Assembly (NCBI GenBank): GCA_963809045.1 | Contig: CAWEHW010000004.1 | Span: 226,272 to 290,271, forward strand | Reading direction: 5' to 3' | Source of the DNA: an uncultured Chloroflexia bacterium | GTDB taxonomy: Bacteria > Chloroflexota > Limnocylindria > Limnocylindrales > CSP1-4 | DNA length: 64,000 nt | Part shown: in pieces, positions 29,102 through 39,449 of the stretch | Layout: each line of letters opens with the position of its first letter | Position numbering within the stretch: position 1 is the first letter of the stretch | Translations under genes and position numbers: made by a program | The notes under the pieces: generated by a model | Databases searched by the model: none | Told to the model about the DNA's origin: nothing | Seen by the model: the letters and a program-made list of their open reading frames with translations, nothing else

Positions 29102-30472
29102 ATGCATTCGACAGCGGCAAGGCGAGGGTTGATCCTGGTCCTGCTCACGGCATTCGTGGTGGGCGCTTGTTCTGGAGGAGGCGCCGCGACGACGGCTCCT
29201 ACGCCTGCGAGCGCGGCGCCGACTACTGCGGCAACCGCTGCACCGACCGAGGCTCCGGCGACGGCCGCGGCGGTCACCCTGACCTACCTGATCGACGACA
29301 CCCAGGCCACACAGGCACAGGCCCAGGCCCTGGTCGATGCCTACGTGGCCCTGAACCCGAACGTAACCATCGAGATCGAGACGCGCCCCGGCGGAACCGA
29401 GGGCGACAACATCGTCAAGACCCGGCTGGCAACCGGCGAGATGACTGACATCTTCTGGTACAACTCGGGCTCGTTGCTCCAGGCGCTGAACCCGAGCGAA
29501 ACACTCGTCGACCTGTCGGGGGAAGCGTTTATCGCCAACATCTCCGAGACGTTCCTCCCGACCGTGTCCCAGGGCGACGGGATCTTCGGGGCACCCAGCG
29601 GCACGGCCATGGGCGGCGGGATCCTCTACAACAAGAAGATCTACACCGACCTCGGGCTCAGCGTCCCCAGATCATGGGAGGAGTTCGCAGCCAACAACGA
29701 GGCGATCAAGGCTGCCGGCATTGCCCCGATCGGCGCCACCTACAAGGACACCTGGACGTCCCAGCTGTTCGTGCTGGCGGACTATTACAACGTGCAGACA
29801 GCTCTGCCGACCTTCGCCGAGGACTACACAGCCAACAAGATCAAGTACGCGAACACACCTGCCGCCCTGGCCGGGTTCAAGCGCCTGCAGGATGGGTTCG
29901 ATAGAGGTTGGTACCAGGAAGACTTCGGCGCCGCCACGTTCGACGACGGGTTGAACATGCTCGCCGAAGGGGCGATCGCCCACTACCCGATGCTGACGTT
30001 CGCCTTGTCCACGATCGCCGAGAACCATCCCGATGCCATCAACGACATCGGGTTCTTCGGACAGCCCGGAGACGACGCGGCTACCCACGGATCGACGATC
30101 TGGATGCCGGCCGCCACGTACATCGCGAATACGAGCGAGAACATCGACGCGGCAAAGGCGTTCCTGGCGTTCATCGGTTCTGTTGAGGGCGCGGACGCGC
30201 TCACGGCTGCCGTTCCGCCGACTGGACCATACGTCATCAAGGGGGCGTCGCTTCCAGCCGACGCACTGCCCGCCGTATTGGACATTCAGACCTATGTCGA
30301 CAGCGGCGCCAACAGCCCCGCATTGGAGTTCCTGTCGCCCGTCAAGGGACCGTCGCTCGAGCAGATCACGGTTGCCGTCGGGTCAGGCCTCAATACCGCC
30401 GAGGAGGGAGCAGCCCTCTACGATCAGGACGTGGAGAAGCAAGCGAAGCAGCTCGGTTTGCCGGGCTGGTGA
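29102..30472 (+). CDS. Carbohydrate ABC transporter substrate-binding lipoprotein
   Basis: Lipobox VVGAC, Ala/Thr/Pro linker, KTRLATGEMTDIF, YNKKIY. Confidence 0.9.
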   Translation: MHSTAARRGLILVLLTAFVVGACSGGGAATTAPTPASAAPTTAATAAPTEAPATAAAVTLTYLIDDTQATQAQAQALVDAYVALNPNVTIEIETRPGGTEGDNIVKTRLATGEMTDIFWYNSGSLLQALNPSETLVDLSGEAFIANISETFLPTVSQGDGIFGAPSGTAMGGGILYNKKIYTDLGLSVPRSWEEFAANNEAIKAAGIAPIGATYKDTWTSQLFVLADYYNVQTALPTFAEDYTANKIKYANTPAALAGFKRLQDGFDRGWYQEDFGAATFDDGLNMLAEGAIAHYPMLTFALSTIAENHPDAINDIGFFGQPGDDAATHGSTIWMPAATYIANTSENIDAAKAFLAFIGSVEGADALTAAVPPTGPYVIKGASLPADALPAVLDIQTYVDSGANSPALEFLSPVKGPSLEQITVAVGSGLNTAEEGAALYDQDVEKQAKQLGLPGW

Positions 30473-31452
30473 GCGACGTCACGGACGCTCTCCCTCGCGA
30501 GAACGTCCACGGGGCCGGCCGGACGCGGCCGGCCCCTGACGACCTGTCACGGGAGCGGGGGGAGGCCCCGCGGGTCGAGCGGCCATCACTCCACCCATCA
30601 ATCGAACGCAGCTATCCCTACTGGTTCTATTTGCCGGCGGCGATCGTCTTCGGTGTTCTTTTTGTCATCCCGACCGTTCTTGCCTTCTACTTCAGCCTGA
30701 CGCGCTGGACGCTCTTCGATGCCGAGTTCATCGGCCTCGACAATTTCATTCAGTTCTTCAGGGAGCCCGCGCTCACGAGCGGCCTGCGCAATACGATCGT
30801 CTATGCCGTCGTGACCAGCGGCCTGAAGGTGGTCATCGGTCTCCTGCTCGCCACGCTCTTGACGACCCGGCTCCGCTTTCGAAACCTGCTGCGCTCGATC
30901 GTGTTCTTTCCAGTCCTTCTCAGCACGGTCGCGGTCGGCATCACGTTCGCGATGCTGATGCATCCATCCAAGGGCCTGATCAACAAGGCTCTCGAAGCGA
31001 TCGGCATCGACGGGCCGTCGTGGCTTTCGGATCCTTCGATTGCCCTGCTTTCCGTGGCGTTCGTGGACGTATGGAAGGGCGTCGGGATCGCACTGGTGAT
31101 CTTCATCGCCGGGATCGTGTCGATCCCGGAGGAGTACACCGACGCGATCAAGCTCGAAGGCGGCGCCTGGGCGCGGTTTCGGCACATCATCGTCCCGCTC
31201 AGCAGGAACGCCACCTTCACGGTCATCCTCCTGTCGTTCATCGGCGGGTTGCGGACATTTGACCTGATCTGGACGATGACCCGCGGGGGCCCGGGGTTCA
31301 GCACCGACGTGATCACATCCACGATCTACAAGCAGTACCAAGCCGGCTTCTATGGGCTTGCCACTGCCGGCAATGTGATCCTGTTCATTGGCGTCACGGC
31401 GATCGTGTTCCCGCTGATGCGCTTCTTCTCCCGACGGGAGCTCGAGCTGTGA
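30469..31452 (+). CDS. Carbohydrate ABC permease
   Basis: FIGLDNF, DVWKGVG, EAA-like loop, FDLIWTMTRGGPG. Confidence 0.9.
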   Translation: MSDVTDALPRENVHGAGRTRPAPDDLSRERGEAPRVERPSLHPSIERSYPYWFYLPAAIVFGVLFVIPTVLAFYFSLTRWTLFDAEFIGLDNFIQFFREPALTSGLRNTIVYAVVTSGLKVVIGLLLATLLTTRLRFRNLLRSIVFFPVLLSTVAVGITFAMLMHPSKGLINKALEAIGIDGPSWLSDPSIALLSVAFVDVWKGVGIALVIFIAGIVSIPEEYTDAIKLEGGAWARFRHIIVPLSRNATFTVILLSFIGGLRTFDLIWTMTRGGPGFSTDVITSTIYKQYQAGFYGLATAGNVILFIGVTAIVFPLMRFFSRRELEL

Positions 31453-32285
31453 ACGCGTTGCGGTTCATCCGCTCGGTCTGGCTCGACATTGCTGCGCTTG
31501 GCATCGCGGTCGTCGTATTCATCGTGCCATTCGCCTTCATCGTGATCACGTCTGCGAAGACGCAGGCGGAGGCCTCCCGACTCGACTTCACCTGGCCGGC
31601 CAACTGGCAGCTGATCGAGAACCTGCAGGAGGTCGTGAGCACCCGAAACGAGCTCGTGCTTACCGCGCTGCGGAACAGCCTCGTCCTGACGATCGGATCG
31701 GTGATCCTGATCGTCCTGCTGTCGGCGATGGTCGGGTTCATGCTCCAGCGACGACGAGACCGTGTTGGGTCACTCGTCAGCGCGTTCATGCTGGCCGGCT
31801 TGATCATCCCCCCGGCCATCGTGCCGACGATCTTCGTCCTGCAGGAGCTCGGCCTGTTCAAGACGCTTCTCGGCCTGATCCTGGTCGAGGTGGCGTTCGT
31901 GATGCCGTTCGCGGTCCTGATCTTCCGAGCGTTCGTATCGGCGATTCCACGGGAACTCGATGAGGCCGCGATCATGGATGGCGCGTCGCCGTTCACCCTG
32001 TTCTTCCGGGTGATCCTTCCCCTTCTGCGGCCCGCGATCATCACGGTGGTCGTCGTGTCGTCGGTTGCGATCTACAACGACTTCGTGAACCCGCTCTACT
32101 TCCTGCCTGGCAACGAGAACGCGACGGCCCAGCTGACCCTGTTCAACTTCCAGAGTCAGTTCAACACCCGTTGGAACCTCCTCTTCGCGGACGTCCTGTT
32201 GATCACGATTCCGCCATTGATCATGTTCATCTTCTTCCAGCGCCAACTCGTTGCGGGCCAGACCTCCGGCGCCGTGAAAGGATGA
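31449..32285 (+). CDS. Carbohydrate ABC permease
   Basis: IPRELDEAAIMDGAS...FFRVILPLLRP. Confidence 0.9.
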   Translation: MNALRFIRSVWLDIAALGIAVVVFIVPFAFIVITSAKTQAEASRLDFTWPANWQLIENLQEVVSTRNELVLTALRNSLVLTIGSVILIVLLSAMVGFMLQRRRDRVGSLVSAFMLAGLIIPPAIVPTIFVLQELGLFKTLLGLILVEVAFVMPFAVLIFRAFVSAIPRELDEAAIMDGASPFTLFFRVILPLLRPAIITVVVVSSVAIYNDFVNPLYFLPGNENATAQLTLFNFQSQFNTRWNLLFADVLLITIPPLIMFIFFQRQLVAGQTSGAVKG

Positions 32286-34981
32286 GCGGCAGCAAATCGC
32301 GTGGCAGGGTCGTCGTCCGTGACCTTCGCACCCAGCTTCCTTCGACGGTCCTTGCGTTCGGTCGCGACCGGCCGCGGTTGAGCTGGCGGGTCGAGACCGA
32401 GGATCTCGGACTGTCGCAGCTCGGCTACGAGGTCGAAGCAGCAGCATCGGACAACGAGTTCGATTCGCCTCTGGCGGTCACTGGCGAAGTACGCGATGGG
32501 CGGCAAGTTGGGGTGGAGGCACCCGGCCCGCCACTTGAAAGCCGGGAGGAGCGGTGCTTTCGAGTCCGAATCCTGACCCAGTCGGGATGGTCCCCGTGGA
32601 GCGATCCGGCGAGGATCGAGGCAGGTCTGCTCCGACCCGCTGACTGGGTCGCAGCGGCTATCACGCTGCCCGTCGATCCCGGTGTCGAGCAACCATCGCC
32701 TGCCCCACTGCTCCGTCGGGCGTTCACGCTCGCCGGGAGAATCCGTCGAGCCCGGTTGCACGTGACTGCGCTCGGGTTGCACCGGGTCACGATCAATGGG
32801 TTGCCTGTGTCAGAGGATGTCCTCGCGCCCGGCTGGACCCCGTATCGAGAGCGACTTCTGTCCGACACCTACGACGTCACATCCCTGCTCGCGCCAGGCG
32901 AGAACGTGATCGGCGCCGTCCTCGGAGATGGCTGGTATCGCGGTCGCCTGGGATGGGATCCGGGGCGAGACCGCGGGCACTACGGTCGTGACGTTGCGCT
33001 GATCGCTCAGCTGGAGATGGACCTCGAGGATGGCTCGCGGGCGATCATCGCCACCGATCAGTCGTGGGAAACCGCGACGGGCGCGATCAGGTCGGCAGAC
33101 CTCTATGACGGGGCAACGATCGACCTGCGGCAGCACCCCGACGCATGGGACCTGCCGACGTTCGATTCGCGCGGCTGGACGAAGGCCCGGGTCATCCCAT
33201 TCGATCGTCGCGTCATCGAGCCCAGGATGGCTCCCCCAGTCAGGCCGATCGCGGAGTACAACGTCGCGAAGTCAGGCGCGGACGCCGGCCGCGTCATGCT
33301 GGACACGGGTCAGAACCTCGCCGGGTTCGTTCGGCTGACGGTGCAAGGCGTTCGCGGCGACCACGTGACCGTGCGGCACGCCGAGGTTCTCGAGCCGGAT
33401 GGATCGCTCCACACGCGCTCGCTGAGATCCGCCCGAGCCACGGACGAGTACGTGTTGGCGAACGACCAGCCGACCATCCTGGAACCGCCGTTCACCTTCC
33501 ACGGGTTTCGCTACGCGCTCGTGGAGTCCACCGCCGAGGTCCTCGACGCGACGGTCGTCGCCATCAGCTCCGCCAACGCACGCCGTGGCTGGTTCGAATG
33601 CTCCGACCCCGCCCTGAACCGACTGCACGAGAACGTGGTGTGGTCCCAGCTGGGCAACTTCGTCTCGCTCCCAACGGATTGCCCTCAACGGGACGAGCGG
33701 CTCGGCTGGACGGGTGACGCCCAGGCCTTCGCGGCCACGGCGTCCACGCTGTTCGACTCGAGCGCTTTCTGGTTGAGCTGGCTGCGCGACCTGGCGCTGG
33801 AGCAGGACGACGAACTCGGCGTGCCCAGCGTCGTCCCGGACGTCGTTCTGAGCGGTGAGATGCGCTATGGCCGAGCCGGCTGGGCAGACGCCGCCACGAT
33901 CGTCCCGTGGTCGGTGTACGAGTCGTATGGCGATTCGGCCGTGCTCGTCGACCAATTCGACAGCATGCGCCGATGGGTGGACGCGCTGAACCGACGACGT
34001 GGTGACGACGGACTCCTTGAGCCCGGCGGACAGTTTGGTGATTGGCTGGATCCGGACGCACCCGGCGATCGGCCCTGGGAAGCCAAGGCCGACTCTGAGT
34101 ACCTCGCAAACGCCTTCTTCGCACACAGTGCCCACCTGCTCGCGGATGCGGCGCAGATCGTTGAGGAGCCAGACCTCAGTCACGCGTATCGCGCCCTCGC
34201 TGGAGACGTGGCGATGCGCACCTGGGCACGATGGGCTGACCACGCGCAGTCCAATCAGACGGGCTGTGCCGTTGCCTTGGCGTTACGCATCGCTCCAGAT
34301 ACCGACCGCCCGCGCGTGGCGACTGCACTCGCTCAGCTGGTGCGGGCGGCCGGAGGACGCGTGGCGACAGGGTTCCTGGGTACGCCACTCGTCCTGCCAG
34401 CCTTGTCCGAGGCCGGCTATTTCGATGAGTGCTACCTCATGCTCCTTCGGCGCGAGCCACCGTCATGGCTATACCAGGTCGATCGAGGTGCGACGACCGT
34501 ATGGGAGCGTTGGGATGCGATCCAGGCCGACGGATCAATCCACCCCGGACGCATGGCACCAAACCCGGTCGACCCCAACGCGCGAGAGGGCCACATGCTG
34601 TCGTTCAACCACTACGCTTACGGGGCCGTCATCGATTGGGTTTATCGTCACCTCGCCGGCCTCGCCCTCGATCGCTCGGCGCCCGGTTACCGCCACGTGG
34701 CGTTCGGGCCGCGACCGGTCAACGGCATCACGACGGCCCGCGCGAAGGTCGAGAGCGCCTACGGGATCGTGGGGATCGAGTGGCGTTTGGCTGGCGATGT
34801 GTTCACGGCGGACGTCGAGGTCCCATTCGGGGCGTCGGCCACGTTCGATCCACCTGTGTCCGACGAATCCGAGGTCCTGCTGGACGGCGTTGCAGTGCCA
34901 TCCAATCCACCCTTTGCGATCTCGGCCGGGCGCCATATCGTGACCGTGCGCCGTCCTGCCGTCGCAGTCGGACACTCGTAA
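32282..34981 (+). CDS. Alpha-L-rhamnosidase (GH78)
   Basis: LAPGWTPY, GQNLAG, FTFHGFRY, PTDCPQRDERLGWTGD, GATTVWERWD, SFNHYAYGAV. Confidence 0.93.
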   Translation: MSGSKSRGRVVVRDLRTQLPSTVLAFGRDRPRLSWRVETEDLGLSQLGYEVEAAASDNEFDSPLAVTGEVRDGRQVGVEAPGPPLESREERCFRVRILTQSGWSPWSDPARIEAGLLRPADWVAAAITLPVDPGVEQPSPAPLLRRAFTLAGRIRRARLHVTALGLHRVTINGLPVSEDVLAPGWTPYRERLLSDTYDVTSLLAPGENVIGAVLGDGWYRGRLGWDPGRDRGHYGRDVALIAQLEMDLEDGSRAIIATDQSWETATGAIRSADLYDGATIDLRQHPDAWDLPTFDSRGWTKARVIPFDRRVIEPRMAPPVRPIAEYNVAKSGADAGRVMLDTGQNLAGFVRLTVQGVRGDHVTVRHAEVLEPDGSLHTRSLRSARATDEYVLANDQPTILEPPFTFHGFRYALVESTAEVLDATVVAISSANARRGWFECSDPALNRLHENVVWSQLGNFVSLPTDCPQRDERLGWTGDAQAFAATASTLFDSSAFWLSWLRDLALEQDDELGVPSVVPDVVLSGEMRYGRAGWADAATIVPWSVYESYGDSAVLVDQFDSMRRWVDALNRRRGDDGLLEPGGQFGDWLDPDAPGDRPWEAKADSEYLANAFFAHSAHLLADAAQIVEEPDLSHAYRALAGDVAMRTWARWADHAQSNQTGCAVALALRIAPDTDRPRVATALAQLVRAAGGRVATGFLGTPLVLPALSEAGYFDECYLMLLRREPPSWLYQVDRGATTVWERWDAIQADGSIHPGRMAPNPVDPNAREGHMLSFNHYAYGAVIDWVYRHLAGLALDRSAPGYRHVAFGPRPVNGITTARAKVESAYGIVGIEWRLAGDVFTADVEVPFGASATFDPPVSDESEVLLDGVAVPSNPPFAISAGRHIVTVRRPAVAVGHS

Positions 34982-34991
34982 GGGTTGACGA

Positions 34992-35660
34992 TCAGCCTCT
35001 CGGGTCCCGGGCCCTTCCGAGCGCGAGATAGCGATCCCGTACGCCCTTGTCCAGCTTCTCGATCGCGTACCGGAGCATCACCCGCGGCATCGTGGCGGCA
35101 TGCGCATCCAGGAAGCCCAGGAGACGCGGCTCGTCGCGTTTGCCCGCTTCGCGCAGCATCCAGCCGACCGCCTTGTGGACGAGGTCCTCCTTGTCGCCGA
35201 GGAGCAGGTCCGTGATCCGGTAGGTGTCATCCAGGTCGCCGCGCCGGATGAACGCGACCGTGCTGAGGATGGCAGTCCGCCGCTCCATCGGGGCCTTCGA
35301 AGCAGCCAGCGTGTAGAGGACGTCGCGCGGTTTGTCCGCGAGCCACTCGCCGACGACCCAGATCGCGCTCCGATCGACGAGATCCCAGGTGTTGATCCGG
35401 TCGTGGCGGCGGATGTAGAGGTCGAACAGCGCCCCCTTCTGGTCGACGGGCGTCTTCCGGTCCCGAGCCTGCCAGTCCATGATGCTGACGGCGCCCACGC
35501 GGATCTCGTGGACCGAACTCTCGAGCAGCACCTCGATCTCGCCGAGCGACATGCCCATGCACGCCTTCGCGAGGGTGAAGATCTGGCCCATCCCGATGCC
35601 GCCGTCTGGCGCTCGAAGGGCCTCGAGCTTCTCGATGAACTGGGCAGCCGTGGGTTCCAC
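34992..35660 (-). CDS. DNA alkylation repair protein (AlkD-like)
   Basis: INTWDLVDRSA, DLVHKAVGWMLREAGK, MPRVMLRYAIEK. Confidence 0.88.
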   Translation of the reverse strand: MEPTAAQFIEKLEALRAPDGGIGMGQIFTLAKACMGMSLGEIEVLLESSVHEIRVGAVSIMDWQARDRKTPVDQKGALFDLYIRRHDRINTWDLVDRSAIWVVGEWLADKPRDVLYTLAASKAPMERRTAILSTVAFIRRGDLDDTYRITDLLLGDKEDLVHKAVGWMLREAGKRDEPRLLGFLDAHAATMPRVMLRYAIEKLDKGVRDRYLALGRARDPRG

Positions 35661-35765
35661 CCGCTCATCCTGTCATGCCCGGGAAACTACGATGAGGCCG
35701 AGAAGCGAGCACTGCCCCGGAGTGTCATGAACCGCTCCGACTCGAGCCGATCGAACGGGCCGCAG

Positions 35766-36443
35766 TCAGTCCGAGATGGGGGTCCAGTAGGCAACCAATT
35801 GGTCGGCGAGCTCCCGCGGCCGGCTGAGGTTCACGCAGTGGCCGCTGTCGATCTCGTCTGGCGTGATCCCGAGGCGATCGCGCGCCAGCTTGCGCATCCA
35901 GGTGGCCGGCAGCAATCGGTCGTTCCGGCAGAGCAGGACGCGGGTCGGAACATCGGGCCAGGTCTCGAGCGGCCAGGGCTGGCGGTACGCGCGATCGGAC
36001 GGATAGTCGCTGGCTCGCCGCATCGCCTCCGCCGCCAGCCCGGGCTCGACATCGTGGTAGTAGGTCTCGCTGTCGTCCATGCCGTCGGTGCCGGCCGCGC
36101 TCTGCGCTCCGGTCTGGCCGGAATTGGCCCACCAGTCCATCGGCGGTTCACCTGGTGAGGGGATCATCGGGGCGACCAGGACAAGCAGGTCGGCGGGGAC
36201 ACGGTCACACACGAGGGGCGCCGTGAACGCGCCAAACGAATGACCGACGACCACGAGGTTCGTCCGGTCGCCGATGGCGCGTTTCACTGCCTCCGCGTAC
36301 GTCTCGAGGTCCGCCGACTCGTCATCCGCGGGCAGGTCAACGGCGACGGCGTCGTGCCCGCGGTCGCGCAGCTCGTCGGCGACCAGGTGCCAGCTCCAGG
36401 CACCGTCGCCGGCCGCTGGGATCAGGACAAACGTGGCAGGCAT
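35766..36443 (-). CDS. Alpha/beta hydrolase
   Basis: FVLIP, GHSFG, DSGHCVNLSRP. Confidence 0.85.
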   Translation of the reverse strand: MPATFVLIPAAGDGAWSWHLVADELRDRGHDAVAVDLPADDESADLETYAEAVKRAIGDRTNLVVVGHSFGAFTAPLVCDRVPADLLVLVAPMIPSPGEPPMDWWANSGQTGAQSAAGTDGMDDSETYYHDVEPGLAAEAMRRASDYPSDRAYRQPWPLETWPDVPTRVLLCRNDRLLPATWMRKLARDRLGITPDEIDSGHCVNLSRPRELADQLVAYWTPISD

Positions 36444-36452
36444 AGCGGCGCC

Positions 36453-37646
36453 TCACATCTTGCTGTGGGTATCGATGGCCTCCCGGGCATTCGGGATCTG
36501 GAACAGGGCGTCCCGGAGCGCGCCGCACACGCCGCGTTGACGGACGAGGTCGGGATGATCGGGTTCGGCCACTCGCGTGGCGACCATCGCCAGGTTGATC
36601 TGCTCGCGGTGGAGCTTCTTGAGGGCTGTTTCCGCAGCCTTGCCGGCCGCGCGCCGGACGGCTTTGCGAAGGCGTCGGCGTGACCGGGGGTCCATCAGTG
36701 TCTGGAGCTCGGCAGCCTCCAGCCCGGCCCGCCCAACCTCGCGCTCCAGGGCGATCCCGAGCCAGCGGTGTTCTCGTCGCCGGGCAAGGCGCACCGCCAA
36801 CGCGAGGAAGATCAGGAAGGGCAGCCCCTTGATCGTCGTGGCCACGAGGACCGGCAGCTCCGCCCAGAACCACGGAGAGTTCCAGAAGAAGTGGGCGGCG
36901 ACCGCCGTCGCCAACAGCCCGGCAGCCACGGCCAGCCGACGGGGGAATGGGACGTCGTGCCGACGGGTGACGAAGTACGCGAACCCAACCCCCGCGATGG
37001 CCGTGTAGAGCACGTGCCCGTAGAGCCCGGACGCGATCACGCGAACCCAGAAGCCTTCGAGGACGCCGCCGACGCTTCCCCCGAACGTGTCCATGAAGTA
37101 GTACACGTCCTCGAACACCGAGAAGCCCAGCCCGATCATCGCCCCGAACACGACGCCGTCCATCAGGTCGTCGATCTCCCGGCGTGCGATCAGGTAGATC
37201 ACGACCAGCCCCAGGTACTTGTAGGTCTCCTCGATCACCGGCGCGGTCAAGGCCGCGCCCCACTGGGACGCGAATTCCGGCCCGGCGACCTGGCTGATCA
37301 CCTCGGCCCAGACGACGTTGCCGACGCTCGAGAAGACCAGCGCGATCACGCCGCCCCACAGGAAGGCACCGATGACGAGCGACTTCGGCTCTCGTTCGTA
37401 GAGGTCGAGCCGGCGAGTGATCACGACGACCGGGACGATGTAGAACGTCAGCAGCACCCAGGACAGCACCCAGCCGACGGGCGAGAACGTCAGGTAGATC
37501 AGCTGCTCGTAGGCGAGGGCGATCCCGGCCAGGACGAGCAGGCCCATGAACAGCCAGAACGCCGGCTTCCTCGGTTGCCAGAGCCCTGTCTGGAACCCCC
37601 AGCCAGGCTGATGGCGAACCGCGGGCGGCACGACGGTCGGGGTCAC
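36453..37646 (-). CDS. PrsW-family intramembrane metalloprotease
   Basis: DLYEREP, APVIEETYK, GLGFSVFED, HVLYT, HFFWN. Confidence 0.88.
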   Translation of the reverse strand: MTPTVVPPAVRHQPGWGFQTGLWQPRKPAFWLFMGLLVLAGIALAYEQLIYLTFSPVGWVLSWVLLTFYIVPVVVITRRLDLYEREPKSLVIGAFLWGGVIALVFSSVGNVVWAEVISQVAGPEFASQWGAALTAPVIEETYKYLGLVVIYLIARREIDDLMDGVVFGAMIGLGFSVFEDVYYFMDTFGGSVGGVLEGFWVRVIASGLYGHVLYTAIAGVGFAYFVTRRHDVPFPRRLAVAAGLLATAVAAHFFWNSPWFWAELPVLVATTIKGLPFLIFLALAVRLARRREHRWLGIALEREVGRAGLEAAELQTLMDPRSRRRLRKAVRRAAGKAAETALKKLHREQINLAMVATRVAEPDHPDLVRQRGVCGALRDALFQIPNAREAIDTHSKM

Positions 37647-38323
37647 GAGAACGTCGTCCCCGCCAGCATCTGGCGGATTTCATCGAGCACGAGACGCAGC
37701 TCGCCCTCGCCCGCCCAGGCATCGAACACGACGATCTTCCCGCCGCCGGCTACGACCGTGAGCTCACCTTCGACCGGGTACTCGACCTCGGGAAAGACGC
37801 CGCCGTACGAGGCGCGGACCCCGACGATCCCGGGCGCCGTCTCGACGGCCTCGCGCACGCCCGTGGACAGCTGCGTCTCCGGATCGCCTTCCCAGCCTTC
37901 GAACGTGGCCTCCAGGACCTCGGCCGGGTCGGCTGCGACCGTCAAGACCTCGATGACGAGGCTGGCGCTCCCCTGGCTGAGGAGGATCGCGCTACCGTCC
38001 TCGGACCGTGAGACAAACTCCCACCCGCGGAGTGGCTGGATCGTGACCGGCGCGGACACCTCGACGCGGGGCAACGGGTCGTTTTCGACCGCCGCGAACG
38101 CGACTGCGCCCGAGAAGGCGATCGCGAACATGAGGACCGCGACGATGAACGTCGGGAGGCAACCGCGCGGCTCCCTCAGCGCCCTCGGCACATCCCGGTT
38201 GTCGTCGCGTGTTGCGTACTGCGCCCAGACGGACGGCGACGGTTGTGGCTCGGCTCCGGACACGGCACCGAGCATACTTGGCGGCGAATGGTCGGAGGGT
38301 GAGGTGGACCCGCTGCGTTTCAC
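37643..38323 (-). CDS. Single-TM hypothetical protein translationally coupled to the PrsW gene
   Basis: One TM segment followed by an acidic extracellular domain; GTGA overlap. Confidence 0.6.
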   Translation of the reverse strand: MKRSGSTSPSDHSPPSMLGAVSGAEPQPSPSVWAQYATRDDNRDVPRALREPRGCLPTFIVAVLMFAIAFSGAVAFAAVENDPLPRVEVSAPVTIQPLRGWEFVSRSEDGSAILLSQGSASLVIEVLTVAADPAEVLEATFEGWEGDPETQLSTGVREAVETAPGIVGVRASYGGVFPEVEYPVEGELTVVAGGGKIVVFDAWAGEGELRLVLDEIRQMLAGTTFS

Positions 38324-38375
38324 GGGCGTGATCCGCTTCGCCGCGTGGATGTCGGCGACGACGCGGCGATCGCGA

Positions 38376-39083
38376 TCACCCGCGTGGGCCGCGACTGACC
38401 TCCGTTAACGTCCCAATTCGGCCGTTGCGAGACGGAGCGCTGATTGCGTAAACCCCGGCCCGTTTGCGGTCGAGATCCTCGAGGTCGGTGGTCGTCCGGA
38501 CTTCGAAGGTCTCGAGCTCTGTGAGGTCATCGGTCGGCAGGTAGCGCCGCCCTGGATCGCCGATGAACACGTCGATCCGGTTGTCTCGGGCGCGTTGCAG
38601 CCACGGCAGAACCCGCTCGGCGAGCCGGGCGTCGTACCAGCAGTCTCCAGCCAGGATGACGTCCGCCTCGGGCGGGTCCTCGTCGAGGACGTCCCGGTTC
38701 ACGACGGACACGCGGCATCCGTTGGCTCGCGCGTTGAGCTCGATCGCCGCCGCCGCGAACGGATCGATATCGGCTCCGGCGACCGATGACGCCCCCGCTC
38801 GCATCGCGGCGATCGCGCACAGCCCGGAGCCCGATCCGAAATCGAAGACGCGACGCCCGGCGACGGACTCCGGGTGCGCCTTCAGGTACCGGCCGATCGC
38901 CAGCCCGCCGCCCCAGGCGAACGCCCAGTAGGGAAGTGCGGCATCGGGGTCGTCGGTCTCGACCTGGACGGCGCGCCAGAGCGCCAGGACGTCGTCGGCT
39001 TGATGCAGGCGGATGCCGTCGAGCCCCGCAACCGGTCCGGGGCGCGTGTTACGAAGGACGAAGGACCGCGGGGAGGATGCCAC
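38376..39083 (-). CDS. Class I SAM methyltransferase (protein-lysine/ETFBKMT-like)
   Basis: PYWAFAWGGG, VFDFGSGSG, ILAGDCWYD, GDPGRRYLP. Confidence 0.85.
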   Translation of the reverse strand: MASSPRSFVLRNTRPGPVAGLDGIRLHQADDVLALWRAVQVETDDPDAALPYWAFAWGGGLAIGRYLKAHPESVAGRRVFDFGSGSGLCAIAAMRAGASSVAGADIDPFAAAAIELNARANGCRVSVVNRDVLDEDPPEADVILAGDCWYDARLAERVLPWLQRARDNRIDVFIGDPGRRYLPTDDLTELETFEVRTTTDLEDLDRKRAGVYAISAPSRNGRIGTLTEVSRGPRG

Positions 39084-39111
39084 CCACGGACTCTACTGCC
39101 CGGGGCGCGCG

Positions 39112-39282
39112 CTAGGTCAGGATCGCTCCGCCCGTCGTCGCCAGGCGCTGAAGATGCGTGCCGCACAGAGGCTCGGCAACCGCTCCATCTGGGGTCCGGA
39201 GCGCGAACCAACCCCTTCGCCGGCACTGTCCCGAGCCGGCCCGATCGGCGGTCACGGCGCAACACGTCGCGGCCCGGGTCAT
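39112..39282 (-). CDS. Putative small Cys/His zinc-finger-like protein (56 aa)
   Basis: MTRAATCCAVTADRAGSGQCRRRGWFALRTPDGAVAEPLCGTHLQRL; start could be 39375. Confidence 0.4.
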   Translation of the reverse strand: MTRAATCCAVTADRAGSGQCRRRGWFALRTPDGAVAEPLCGTHLQRLATTGGAILT

Positions 39283-39449
39283 CGCGGCCCGGCCGTCGTG
39301 GTGGGCCGCCGGAGACCCGCCGGCGGGGATGCTTCGAGCGGTCGATCGCGAGGTGTCCCCTCGAACGTCCTCCATCGCACAAGCTTCCCGGCCCCGGTTC
39401 GCGTCGCCAAGGCCCTGGCGGGCCCATCCCCGAGGGCCGATCGGGCCAA

